Assembly: GCA_963821525.1 (NCBI GenBank)
Contig: CAWGED010000005.1
Coordinates: forward strand, 576,001-640,000
DNA: 64,000 bases
Source: an uncultured Gemmatimonadales bacterium
Lineage (GTDB): Bacteria > Gemmatimonadota > Gemmatimonadetes > Gemmatimonadales > GWC2-71-9
Direction of reading: 5' to 3'
Part shown: positions 10,389-22,969 of the stretch, piece after piece
How positions within the stretch are numbered: position 1 is the first letter of the stretch
Layout: each line of letters starts with the position of its first letter
The notes under the pieces: model-generated
Seen by the model: only the letters and a program-made list of their open reading frames with translations
Told to the model about the DNA's origin: nothing
Database searches by the model: none
Position numbers and translations under genes: made by a program

Positions 10389-10479
10389 CAATTGGAAATT
10401 GGTAATTGCAAATTGATAATTGGCTTCTGACTCGAGGCTCGCTATCAATTACAAATTACCAATTCCCAATTCCCAATTG
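10389..10479. repeat. Inverted heptamer arms (AATTGGT-like)n ... (CCAATT-like)n with conserved loop
   Basis: Five units per arm; loop is the reverse complement of the loops at 11691 and 15157. Confidence 0.85.
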
Positions 10480-10490
10480 CCTCGACGGTC

Positions 10491-10646
10491 TTAGTGACTC
10501 GTCCGTATGATGATGGTGTCCTTCATGATGAAGCCGCCCTTGGGACCCTCGCTCCGGACCGACAAATCCTTCAGGGTCCGCTTGGCGAGGGATAGCCGCT
10601 TGGTGCCGTCCTTCGCTTTGTTCTCTGCCTTCCGTGGTGCCGACAT
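10491..10646 (-). CDS. Putative double-glycine-leader peptide precursor A, 51 aa: MSAPRKAENKAKDGTKRLSLAKRTLKDLSVRSEGPKGG-FIMKDTIIIRTSH
   Basis: Manual translation; RBS aggaggg 4 nt before ATG; paralogous to the two adjacent ORFs. Confidence 0.75.
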   Translation of the reverse strand: MSAPRKAENKAKDGTKRLSLAKRTLKDLSVRSEGPKGGFIMKDTIIIRTSH

Positions 10647-10723
10647 CTTGCCCTCCTGAGACTAGTGAGTGAGATCTGGAATCTCGTTGTGTAACTGATC
10701 AGTCGAGGCCTGTTGGTCTAAGA

Positions 10724-10882
10724 CTATCGGCCCGCTCGTCCGTACGATTCCGGAACCCCGCTGATGAAGCCTCCCTTGGGTCCCGCGCTCCGAACTGAGA
10801 GGTCCTTCAGGGTCCGTTTGGCGAGGGAAAGCCGCCTCGTGCCGCCCTTCGCTTTGGTGACTGCCTTCTCTCGTGCCGACAT
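10724..10882 (-). CDS. Putative double-glycine-leader peptide precursor B, 52 aa: MSAREKAVTKAKGGTRRLSLAKRTLKDLSVRSAGPKGG-FISGVPESYGRAGR
   Basis: Manual translation; RBS aggagga; leader nearly identical to A with many synonymous changes. Confidence 0.75.
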   Translation of the reverse strand: MSAREKAVTKAKGGTRRLSLAKRTLKDLSVRSAGPKGGFISGVPESYGRAGR

Positions 10883-10938
10883 CTTGTCCTCCTGGGACTA
10901 GTGAGTAGCTCTGGAATCTCGTTGCCGCGCCGTTGCGC

Positions 10939-11127
10939 TTAGAGAAACTTCTTCGGGCAATTGGAGCTCGACGGCGGCGGCTGGGGGCAGCTCCAGGTAA
11001 TGGGGGGACGAAGCCACCCGCCCCTTGGACCGGCGCCGGGAACCGTCAGGTCTCGCAGCGTCAGTTTGGTGAGCGAGAGCTTCCCTTTGCCCTCAGCCTT
11101 GAGCGATGATTTGATTCTCGTAGTCAC
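10939..11127 (-). CDS. Putative double-glycine-leader peptide precursor C, 62 aa: ...KLSLTKLTLRDLTVPGAGPRGG-WLRPPITWSCPQPPPSSSNCPKKFL
   Basis: In ORF track; RBS aaggag before GTG; shares the leader motif with A and B. Confidence 0.75.
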   Translation of the reverse strand: MTTRIKSSLKAEGKGKLSLTKLTLRDLTVPGAGPRGGWLRPPITWSCPQPPPSSSNCPKKFL

Positions 11128-11251
11128 GGTGGTGCTCCTTCTAGTGAATTGTTGGGTTCAGTCGCGCTCATGTTGGTAATCGCAATCGGGCTGCCGATCC
11201 CGACAAGGCTCAAACCTCAACGTCGGATTGTGAGATCTGACCGAACCACCC

Positions 11252-11653
11252 ATGCCCCTCTCAGTCGGCCAGAAGGCCCAACGCTCGCTTCACCTGACCG
11301 AAGAGCACGTTCGGCTCTACGCTCAGATCACCGGCGATCACAATCCGCTGCACTTTGATCCTGACTTCGCGGCGGGAACCAGGTTCGGACGCCTGGTGGT
11401 GCAGGGAGGACTCACGACGGGCCTGCTCCATGCGCTCGTCGCGATGGATCTGCCGGGGCCCGGCACGGTTTTCTTGAGTCAGAACTGGAAATTCGTGGCC
11501 CCGGTGTATCATCGGCGACACGATCACCGCGGAAGTCGAAGTGCGCAGCGTGCACCCGACCAAGCCCGTCACCCAGCTCGGCGTGAGGGTGTGGAGGGAG
11601 GGGGGGAGACGGTGCTTGAGGGGGAGGCGTGGTGCTATCGGTTTGGGGCGGAA

Positions 11654-11656
<3 letters not shown>
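11252..11656 (+). CDS. MaoC family dehydratase (hot-dog fold) with compensating frameshifts ~11510-11600
   Basis: TGDHNPLHFD, VVQGGL, LPGPGTVFLSQ motifs; GDTITAEVEV lies in an alternate frame. Confidence 0.88.
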
Positions 11657-15092
<3,436 letters not shown>

Positions 15093-15099
15093 GGGGTGG

Positions 15100-15210
15100 G
15101 AATTGGTAATTGGAATTGGTAATTGGTAATTGGCAATGGGTAATTTGTTAGTGATTGCGAGCCCTAAGTCAGAAGCCAATTATCAATTTTCAATTACCAA
15201 TTACCAATTG
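15100..15210. repeat. Inverted AATTGGT-type heptamer hairpin
   Basis: aattggt-like units at 15101-15146; caattac-like units at 15176-15210. Confidence 0.85.
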
Positions 15211-15221
15211 TCGAGCCCCCT

Positions 15222-15590
15222 ATGCGCTTCCCGACTCTCCTCACCATCGCCGGCGTCCTCGGCATAGTCTTCGGAATCGGCTTCCTCGTCCTCCCCGCTT
15301 CGAGCCTCATGCCCTACGGCGTTCGCACCGATGCCTCCGGGCTCATCATGGCCCAGTTCTTCGGTGCCGCACTGCTGCAGCTCGCCCTGGTCTTCCTGTT
15401 CATCCGCGACATTCCCGCGACTCACATCCCGCGACTTGCCCTGGGCGCCTGCATCGGTGAGCTGGCCGGGCTCTGGGTAGCCGTCCGCATCCAGCTCGGG
15501 GGACACGTGAATGCGTTCGGGTGGTCAACGGTGGCGATCTATGCAGTGCTGGCGATTGCCTTTGGTTTGTTTGCGGCTGGGAAAGGATGA
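15222..15590 (+). CDS. Hypothetical 4-TM membrane protein
   Basis: 122 aa with four hydrophobic segments and normal codon usage. Confidence 0.7.
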   Translation: MRFPTLLTIAGVLGIVFGIGFLVLPASSLMPYGVRTDASGLIMAQFFGAALLQLALVFLFIRDIPATHIPRLALGACIGELAGLWVAVRIQLGGHVNAFGWSTVAIYAVLAIAFGLFAAGKG

Positions 15591-15641
15591 GGAGAAGAGC
15601 CGGATGAGGCTTCCGAGGGTCACGGAGAGCTCATCGTTTTC

Positions 15642-15818
15642 AACACGAAGGCACGAAGGGCACAGAGGGCTCGTTGTGATAGCACGATCCCAATTACTGT
15701 GGCGAGATCTCTTAGGCAATCTCATTTGAATCAACAACAAACATCAGTTGATCTTGCCAAACTGACTCGGAAGTCAGAGTGCCAACGGAACTCTCTGTGC
15801 CCTTTGTGTCTTTGTGTT
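15642..15818. repeat. ~177-bp palindromic dispersed element, copy 1
   Basis: Terminal inverted arms aacacgaaggcacgaagggcacagag / ctctgtgccctttgtgtctttgtgtt; homologous to 19695-19869. Confidence 0.85.
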
Positions 15819-15880
15819 TGCTTGTTGATGCTTGATCGTCTAAGGACCGAGGCAGCCAATTGCAGATGGAAGATTGAACG

Positions 15881-15919
15881 GCTAACAGCTAACAGCTAAC
15901 AGCTAATCGCTAACAGCTA
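15881..15919. repeat. Tandem heptamer array (GCTAACA)n
   Basis: About five units immediately before the cysteine synthase start. Confidence 0.8.
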
Positions 15920-15928
15920 CGCCCCGCC

Positions 15929-16852
15929 ATGAACCTGCTCAAAGCCATCGGAAACACGTCCATCGTTCGGCTGCGGAGGGTTGTCCCAGCCGGCTGCGCC
16001 GATATCCTGGTCAAGCTCGAGTGGGAGAATCCGACCGGCAGCATGAAGGATCGGATGGCCGAGGCGGTCATCTCGCGCGCCGAGGAGGATGGAAGGCTCA
16101 AGCCGGGGTACACGGTGATTGAATACACCGGTGGCAGTACCGGGGCGTCGCTTGCCCTGGTCTGCGGTGCCAAGGGTTACAAGATCCAGATCGTCAGCTC
16201 CGACGCCTTCGCCCAGGAAAAGCTGGACCAGATGCGAGCATTGGGCGCCGAGCTGACGATGGTGCCGAGTGAGGGCGGGAAGACGACGAAGAAGCTGATT
16301 CTGGACATGATCGAGACCGCTCGACGGATGAGCCAGGAACCCGAGACCTACTGGACCGACCAGCTCAAGAACCAGGACAGCATCGCCGGCTATTACGGAC
16401 TGGGTGAGGAGATCTGGAGTCAGACGGAGGGGAGGGTGGACGCCTTCGTGCACAGCGTCGGCACCGCGGCGTCGATTCGAGGAGCTGCAACTGTGCTCAG
16501 GCGTCACAACCCGGCCATCCGGGTCGCCGCCGTCGAGCCCGCGGAATCCTCCGTCCTGCTGGGCGGCCTGCCCGGCCCTCATAAGATCGAAGGGATCGGG
16601 ATCGGCTACACCCCTCCGCTCTGGGATCCGTCGGTCGTGGACGAGATCATCCCGATCAAGACCGAGGACGCGAAGGAGATGACGAGAAGGCTGGCACGCG
16701 AGGAGGGATTGCTCGCGGGCCCCTCATCGGGTGCCAACGTCCTCGCCGCGATTCAGGTGGCGCAGCGGCTGGGGCCGGGGAAGCAGGTGGTGACGCTGGC
16801 CGTCGATTCAGGGCTCAAGTACATGCATACCGATGTGTATAGAAAGACCTAG
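15929..16852 (+). CDS. PLP-dependent cysteine synthase family protein
   Basis: KLEWENPTGSMKDR (PLP lysine), HKIEGIG, EEGLLAGPSSGAN. Confidence 0.88.
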   Translation: MNLLKAIGNTSIVRLRRVVPAGCADILVKLEWENPTGSMKDRMAEAVISRAEEDGRLKPGYTVIEYTGGSTGASLALVCGAKGYKIQIVSSDAFAQEKLDQMRALGAELTMVPSEGGKTTKKLILDMIETARRMSQEPETYWTDQLKNQDSIAGYYGLGEEIWSQTEGRVDAFVHSVGTAASIRGAATVLRRHNPAIRVAAVEPAESSVLLGGLPGPHKIEGIGIGYTPPLWDPSVVDEIIPIKTEDAKEMTRRLAREEGLLAGPSSGANVLAAIQVAQRLGPGKQVVTLAVDSGLKYMHTDVYRKT

Positions 16853-17039
16853 AACAGCGGGAACGGGGAACAGGGAACGGGGAAAAGCGAGAAGGGAGAA
16901 AGGAGAAGAGAGGGGAAGGGGAGACGCAGAGAGGTGAGCGCTTGTCAGGGAAAGGGCTAGGCAATTGTCAGTCATTTCCCTATATCCGCCTTCGGTTTTC
17001 TCCGCTTTTTTCTCGTGACCACCCTTGTGGCAGGATATC

Positions 17040-18098
17040 ATGCGCGTTTTCTCCCGTTTCGCTCTTCTCTCAGTCGGCCTGGCAGCGTGCGGTGAAACCG
17101 ATAACTCTTCGCCCACCGCGCCCGATCAATCGCTGACTGCAACTGCAAGTTATACGGTTCACGCCCTCAGCATTCCCACGAACGCCATCAACGGCGACGC
17201 TACCTCCATCAACGATGCCGGCATCGTCGCAGGATGGTATCGCACCAATGCGGGTTGGACCGCGGTTCGCTGGACCTCCCCCACTCAGCGACAGAGTCTG
17301 GGCAAGCTCGCGGGGTTCAGCAACGCGCTCGCCGAAGGGATCAACCAGGCCGGCACCATCGTCGGGTTCGCATCAACGTCGGACTTCCTCAATGCTCGTG
17401 CGTTCATCTGGACTCAAGCCGGCGGCATCAAACCACTTCCCGATCTGGGTGGCGGCAGCAGTCTGGCAATGGGGATCAATACCGCGGGAGTCGCCGTCGG
17501 CCTCTCGGCCGATCCCCAGCAGGTGACCCATGCCGTCAAATGGACTGCAGCAGGAACTGTAGTAGACCTCAACCCGATGGGAGCCACCAGCGAGGCGCTG
17601 GCCATCAACGATTCAGGTGACGTTGCCGGGTGGGTATTCCCGAAAGGGGGCAACGCGACCCACGCCTTTCTCTGGCGTCGCAACGGCACTCGCCTCGACC
17701 TCGGCACCCTCGGCGGCCCGAGCAGCCAGGCCTTCGCGATCACCGAGGGACCGACCGTGGTCGGCGTATCCGACCGCCCCGCGCCCCAACTTCCCGTCGC
17801 CTTCATCTGGACCCAGGCAACCGGCATGCATCCCCTCGGCCTGGGTAACAATTCCGAGGCCCACGGGATCAGTCATCGGAACCGCAGCGTGGGCCTTCGG
17901 ATCGCGAGCGACGTGAGGGGTCTCGCCCGCTTCCAGAACGTGACGCAAACCCTGCCCGAGCTGGCTCCGGCAAAGGGTCACTTCTCCGCCGCGAACGCGG
18001 TGAACCGCTGCGGGAGCATCGTAGGTGATAGCGGCGACCCGCGGCCTACGAATGGGAACTCGGTGCCGGTGATTTGGGTGATTGGGGTGTGCGACTGA
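17040..18098 (+). CDS. Extracellular HAF-repeat lipoprotein
   Basis: Lipobox LAAC; repeats of the type DLGTLGG.SS.A.AIN..G.VVG...HAFLW; flanked by (GGGAACA)-like arrays at ~16851 and ~18104. Confidence 0.82.
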   Translation: MRVFSRFALLSVGLAACGETDNSSPTAPDQSLTATASYTVHALSIPTNAINGDATSINDAGIVAGWYRTNAGWTAVRWTSPTQRQSLGKLAGFSNALAEGINQAGTIVGFASTSDFLNARAFIWTQAGGIKPLPDLGGGSSLAMGINTAGVAVGLSADPQQVTHAVKWTAAGTVVDLNPMGATSEALAINDSGDVAGWVFPKGGNATHAFLWRRNGTRLDLGTLGGPSSQAFAITEGPTVVGVSDRPAPQLPVAFIWTQATGMHPLGLGNNSEAHGISHRNRSVGLRIASDVRGLARFQNVTQTLPELAPAKGHFSAANAVNRCGSIVGDSGDPRPTNGNSVPVIWVIGVCD

Positions 18099-18158
18099 TA
18101 AAAGCGGGAAAGGGACAGGGAACAGGGAGCGTGGAACAGGAATCAGCGGATGCACAAC

Positions 18159-18197
18159 GCACCTCATCCCGAGGCGCGAAGCGACGAGGGATCTAGC
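18159..18197 (+). repeat. REP-like palindromic repeat
   Basis: 37/39 match to the reverse complement of 523-561. Confidence 0.8.
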
Positions 18198-18212
18198 TTC
18201 CTTGCCTTGGCG

Positions 18213-19082
18213 TCACGGTTCGGAGAGTAGATCCCCCGCTTTTTCACCTTCAGCCGACACTTTCTCCTGGGCCCGCCTACACCTCTCCACCAGCTTCGGA
18301 TCCCCCAGGCGAGTGGCCATCTCGGGGAATTCCGGTGTGGGCCCCCGCCAGCGGAGCTCCTCGACTGATTGGAAGAGCGGCGCATCGGTGCGGAGGGTCG
18401 CGAGCTGTTTGAACAGGAGTGCCAGGGCGCGCTGGTCTCCTAAGACGGTATCAGGGAAGTCTTCGATCTTGCCGTAACGATTCAGCAGACGGTCGGCGGT
18501 GGCGTGGCCGATGCCGGGGATGCCGGGGTAGCCATCGGCCGAGTCGCCGATCAGGGCCAGGTAGTCGGGGATCAGGGCGGGGAGGACGCCGAACTTGGTC
18601 CGCACTCCTTCCGCGTTGAAGATCTTCTTGGCCTTGCGATCCACCTGGACTACACGATCGTCCTCGACGCACTGCGCGAGGTCTTTGTCGGGGGTCCAGA
18701 TGCAGACCTTCTCCACCGCCTCGTCGGCCGAGGCGAGATGGGCGGCGGAGGCGAGGGCGTCATCCGCCTCCAGCTCGACCATGGGCCAGACCGCGACTCC
18801 CATGGTGACGAGCGCCTCTTCGAGCGGATGAAACTGGGCGAGGAGGGCCGGTAGGATCCCGTCGCCGGTCTTGTAGTCCGCCCAGAGTTCGTTGCGGAAT
18901 GATTCGATGACATGATCGGTCGCGACGCCGATGTAGGTGCCCTCTCGTTCGATCATCTCCAGCACACTATGCAACACGCCGGTGACCGCGCCGAACTTCC
19001 GCGCGCGACCCTGGCTGAAACGCTGCAAGCCGTAGAACTGGCGGAACAGCTCGTAGGTGCCGTCGATGAGATGGATGAGCAT
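18213..19082 (-). CDS. Stand-alone 5'-3' exonuclease / flap endonuclease
   Basis: LIDGTYELFR, FRNELWADYK, EADD, DKDL, LIGDSADGYPGIPGIG (H3TH). Confidence 0.9.
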   Translation of the reverse strand: MLIHLIDGTYELFRQFYGLQRFSQGRARKFGAVTGVLHSVLEMIEREGTYIGVATDHVIESFRNELWADYKTGDGILPALLAQFHPLEEALVTMGVAVWPMVELEADDALASAAHLASADEAVEKVCIWTPDKDLAQCVEDDRVVQVDRKAKKIFNAEGVRTKFGVLPALIPDYLALIGDSADGYPGIPGIGHATADRLLNRYGKIEDFPDTVLGDQRALALLFKQLATLRTDAPLFQSVEELRWRGPTPEFPEMATRLGDPKLVERCRRAQEKVSAEGEKAGDLLSEP

Positions 19083-19100
19083 GCTTGGAGTATACCGAGG

Positions 19101-19270
19101 GGCGGGAAGGCGGTAAGGCGGAACGGCGGTAGAACTGCTGGAATAAGACTAAGGCTGTCATTCCGAGCGAAGCGAGGAATCTCAATGCCTAGGGTGTGAA
19201 TGACACTCCCGGCATCTGGATTCCTCGCTACGCTCGGAATGGCATCTACCGCCCTACCGCCTTCCCGCCC
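19101..19270. repeat. Inverted octamer arms (GGCGGTAA-like)n/(CTACCGCC)n enclosing an inverted REP pair
   Basis: REP copies at 19156-19183 and 19218-19244 are mutually complementary. Confidence 0.85.
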
Positions 19271-19388
19271 TGTCATCCTCTGCCCGACACTCACCTCGTC
19301 CAACCTCTTACTCCCTTATTCCCTCGGCAGTGAATGTGTGACCGCTCGGCGATTGCTATTCTCTCCGTATCAAAACGGAGAGATAATC

Positions 19389-19658
19389 ATGCAAGCGAAC
19401 GACGAGCACGAATGGAGCTGGCACCGCTGCTCCCTACTGGGCTGCGCGGCTGGTCCGCTTCGGGTGCGGCCCCATCCTCACCTCCGCGACCGCTGGTCGG
19501 TCGGGTACACCGAGGGTCCTCTCTACGTAGTCCCCGGTCCCCAACCCCTCTGTCCCCGTTGTGGGCACTGGCTGGAAGAGCTTGCCCCCACCGGAGTTAC
19601 CGTGCTCGCCCGCCGGCGCTCCTCACCGCGGCTCACGCATCGGTTGAGATGGTTTTAG
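19389..19658 (+). CDS. Small hypothetical protein with possible zinc-binding cysteines
   Basis: RBS ggagag before ATG; CSLLGC and CPRCG. Confidence 0.4.
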   Translation: MQANDEHEWSWHRCSLLGCAAGPLRVRPHPHLRDRWSVGYTEGPLYVVPGPQPLCPRCGHWLEELAPTGVTVLARRRSSPRLTHRLRWF

Positions 19659-19694
19659 GGGAAGGTTCGCGACAGGGTCAGATGAATTTCGAAG

Positions 19695-19869
19695 AACACG
19701 AAGACACGAAGGGCACAGAGGGGTCGTTGCAATCGAACGATCCCAATCAGCTTGGCAAGATCACTTAGCTAATCAGTAATACAATCAACAAAAGATTTGT
19801 TGATCTTGCCCAATTGATCGGAAATCGAAGTGTCAACGGAACCCTCTGTGCCCTTTGTGCCTTCGTGTT
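19695..19869. repeat. ~175-bp palindromic dispersed element, copy 2
   Basis: Same arms and internal ggcaagatca / tgatcttgcc stem as 15642-15818. Confidence 0.85.
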
Positions 19870-19930
19870 TAAGACAATGAGCTCGAGGCGTACATTGAGG
19901 CCCAACTGAGGGAACCGGCGCATTCCTCGT

Positions 19931-20455
19931 CTACAACACCAGCTCCAGATACAGAATCACACTGTCATAGCGAAGCCCGCCCTGCGCGGCGATATGGCCA
20001 GGAACCACTCCCACCTCCTTGTAGCCCAGACGCATATAGAACCGTTCGGCGCTTCCTCCGCGACGGGTGTTGAGGAGGATCAGGGAGCGTCCCCGCCTCC
20101 TGGAGGTCTCGTGGAGGGAGGTCATCAGCTGTTTCCCGACGCCGTGTCCCCGCGTTGTCGCACCGACCAGCAGCTTGTGGACCTCAGCGCGGTGGCGTGC
20201 GGCCGGCCAGTAGGGCAGGTACAACTGGCCGGAGCCCACGAGTTGCCCTTCCGCGTAGGCCGCGAGCAGCAGACGTGCCCCGGAATCGAGCTCCGACCGG
20301 AGCGAGAGCCAGTAGTCCCGGGCCGCGTTGTGGGTCAAGGGCGCGACATAGCCAAGCGACGCCCCGCCATTCACCGTTTCCTTGAAGAGTTCAGTGAAGG
20401 ATGCAACCTGTTCCTCGAGCTCCGCCGAGGAGACCGGGAGAATGTTGATGGCCAT
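19931..20455 (-). CDS. GNAT family N-acetyltransferase
   Basis: HRAEVHKLLV, RGHGVGKQLM, AERFYMRLGY. Confidence 0.88.
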   Translation of the reverse strand: MAINILPVSSAELEEQVASFTELFKETVNGGASLGYVAPLTHNAARDYWLSLRSELDSGARLLLAAYAEGQLVGSGQLYLPYWPAARHRAEVHKLLVGATTRGHGVGKQLMTSLHETSRRRGRSLILLNTRRGGSAERFYMRLGYKEVGVVPGHIAAQGGLRYDSVILYLELVL

Positions 20456-20489
20456 CTTCTTGGCTGCGCCGATTGGATTCATGATGGAC

Positions 20490-21828
20490 TCAGAACAGGT
20501 TGCTGGATGGAGTGACGGTGGATACGGCTAATACCGGTTCGCGAAGCGGCTCTGCTGCCGCCTTGTCTGGCGAGGGCTCGAAGGATCCGTCAATTCGGGC
20601 CATCACCACCGTCGCAAGGCAGTTGCCCGTCAGGTTAAGGGAGGTCCGGGCCATATCCATCAGCTCGTCCACGCCGAGGATGACGGCGACCCCCTGAAGC
20701 GGAAGGCCGAACTGCACGAGGGTCGCAGAGAGGACGACCAGGGAGGTACGGGGAACCGCGGCGAGTCCCTTACTGGTGAGCATCAGGGTCAGCATCATCA
20801 GGATCTGCTGCCCAATCGGCATATGAATCCCGGCCGCCTGTGCCACGAAGATCGATGCCATCGCCAGGTAGAGCGTGGTGCCGTCCATGTTGAAGGCGTA
20901 GCCGGTGGGCAGCACGAAGGCGACGATGCGCTTGGGCACGCCGAGCTTCTCCAGGTTCTGGAGCGCACGGGGGAGCGCCGCCTCAGATGATGCGGTAGTG
21001 AAGGCAACAAGAAAGGGTTCCTTGATCGTTTGCCAGAAGCGCCGCAAGGGGACCTTGAAAAGGATCGCGATCGGCAGCAGCACGACCAGAGCGAAGACCA
21101 CGAGGGCGCCGTAGAGTGTGAACACGAGCGCCCCCAGGTTCTTGAGCACGCCGAGCCCGTTTCGTCCCACTGTTACCGCCATGGCGGCGCCGATCCCGAC
21201 CGGGGCGAACTTCATCACGTACCCGACGAACTTGAGCATCACCTCGCTCAGGCTCTCGCAGAAACCCAGCATGAGCTTCTTGTGATGAGGCGGCACCTGG
21301 GACAGCGCCACCGCGAACATGATGGCGAAGAAGACGATTTGCAGCGCCTCGTTCCTCGCCGCGGCGTCGAAGATGCTGACGGGCACGATGTGCTCCAGCG
21401 TCCCCGCGAGAGTTGGCTTCGCCGCCACGTCTATGCCGGTCTCGGTGGTTGCGACCGCGAGATTCACCCCCAGACCCCGGCTTTACCAGGTTGACGGCGA
21501 CGAGGCCCACGACCAATGCCAGGGTCGTCACGATTTCGAAGTAGACGAGGGACCGGAAGGCGAGCTTCCCGACCCGTTTCAGGTCGTCGCCGTGGCCGGC
21601 GATCCCTACCACTAGTGTTGCGAAAAGAAGGGGTGCAATCAGACACTTGATGAGGCGCAGGAAGACGGCGGAGAAGACCTGGAGCGAGGTAGCGTGGAAA
21701 CCGCTCGAGTTGTCGGGGAAGAGGTATCCGACTGCAACACCGACCACCATCGCGAGGAGGACCGACTGGGTCGGGGAGAGCCGCCATCGGGCCCGGGGCT
21801 CAGAAGAAGAGGGAAGCGTCGCTGACAT
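20490..21828 (-). CDS. Dicarboxylate/amino acid:cation symporter (GltP/DctA family), frameshift ~21475
   Basis: FLRLIK, AFTTASSEAALP, PTGYAFNMDGT, TSKG, DMART motifs. Confidence 0.92.
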
Positions 21829-21918
21829 CGTTCGACCGGTCGAAGGTGAGCCACCTGATCCCTGGCGTAATGAAGGGCGGGCGCCATTTTCGACGCCCAC
21901 CCCTTTGCTACGAACCAC

Positions 21919-22735
21919 CTACTGGATCGGATGGGGTTCACCCGCGATGAAATCGTCGGTGGCGACCAGGTCCGCGTCTCCACCCGCGCTGATGTCCTGG
22001 TTGCTTCCGGTAATGCCTGCCGCTCCTGCGGTAATGCGCACCCGGGCCACGATCGTCTTGTTGAAGGTGACGCCCACGAATGAGTGGCCATTGGCATCAG
22101 AGCGCACCGGCGCGTTCACTTTCTTGAGCACACGGCCCTGGGCGTCGAAGAACGTCAGCGAGGTCGAGCCCGCAACGTCCACATCGGAGAAGACAACGCC
22201 GAAGCCATTCGTCCGTGCCGGAGTCGTGCTGCCCGCGACCTGGAAATTCACCCGGATGATCCGGCTGCCGACGGCGATGAAGATCTTGGTCGGGCTGAAG
22301 GCCTTGAACTCGTTCGCGTAGGCCGGATTCAGGTCGAACAGGTTGTTGGTGCTGACCCGGAAGCCGACGCCTTCAGTCGTGAACACCTGACCGCGAGGCA
22401 CCACGCGATTGAACTGGTCGCCGGGGAAGTTGCTCAGGTTGGAGAGCGTGGCCGGAACCGCGTCCCAGTTGATCTCACGACGGCCGCCGCCCTGCTCGCC
22501 TGGGATGGTATTGGAAGGATCGCCCAGCTGGGCGCGGAAAGTCGCCAGGGCCTGAGTCAAATCACCGCTCGCCGTGGTCACGCTGCGCTTCCACATCCGC
22601 GGCAGCGATATAGCCGGAGCCGTTGCCGCTGTTGGCGTCGTTCGCGCTGTTCGGCTTGTCGTATCCGCATCCCGCCATCACCAGGGTCAACCCGATGAAC
22701 CCGGCTGTAAGCTCACTACCAAATCGTCCAGCCAT
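21919..22735 (-). CDS. Hypothetical lipoprotein, frameshift ~22590
   Basis: Lipobox MAGC in one frame continues into the RREINWDAVP...GFGVVFSDVD...DDFI domain. Confidence 0.7.
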
Positions 22736-22969
22736 GCTGCCCTCTTCCTGTCGTTGAGCCGCGGGCTTCGGCGCGTTTCGCCAGCCAGCCACGTGCGACT
22801 CGGTGTGTGAATCGGAGGTGAAGCTAGGAGAGGCGAGCAGGCTGGGGGATCGGGAGGCGACGGCGTGGCAGGTAAGGGCTTGGAGTACTGGTGATAGGAC
22901 AGGGGACTACAGAGCGTGGGCGGGAGGCGTGCTCCTTCCCCTAAAATCCACCACCGCTAGCTTCAACCT

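Noticed and set aside
10491..11127. CRISPR or DGR template/variable repeat interpretation of the tandem repeats
   Set aside because: Units are ORFs with RBS and synonymous-site divergence. Differences are not adenine-specific and there is no reverse transcriptase in the window.
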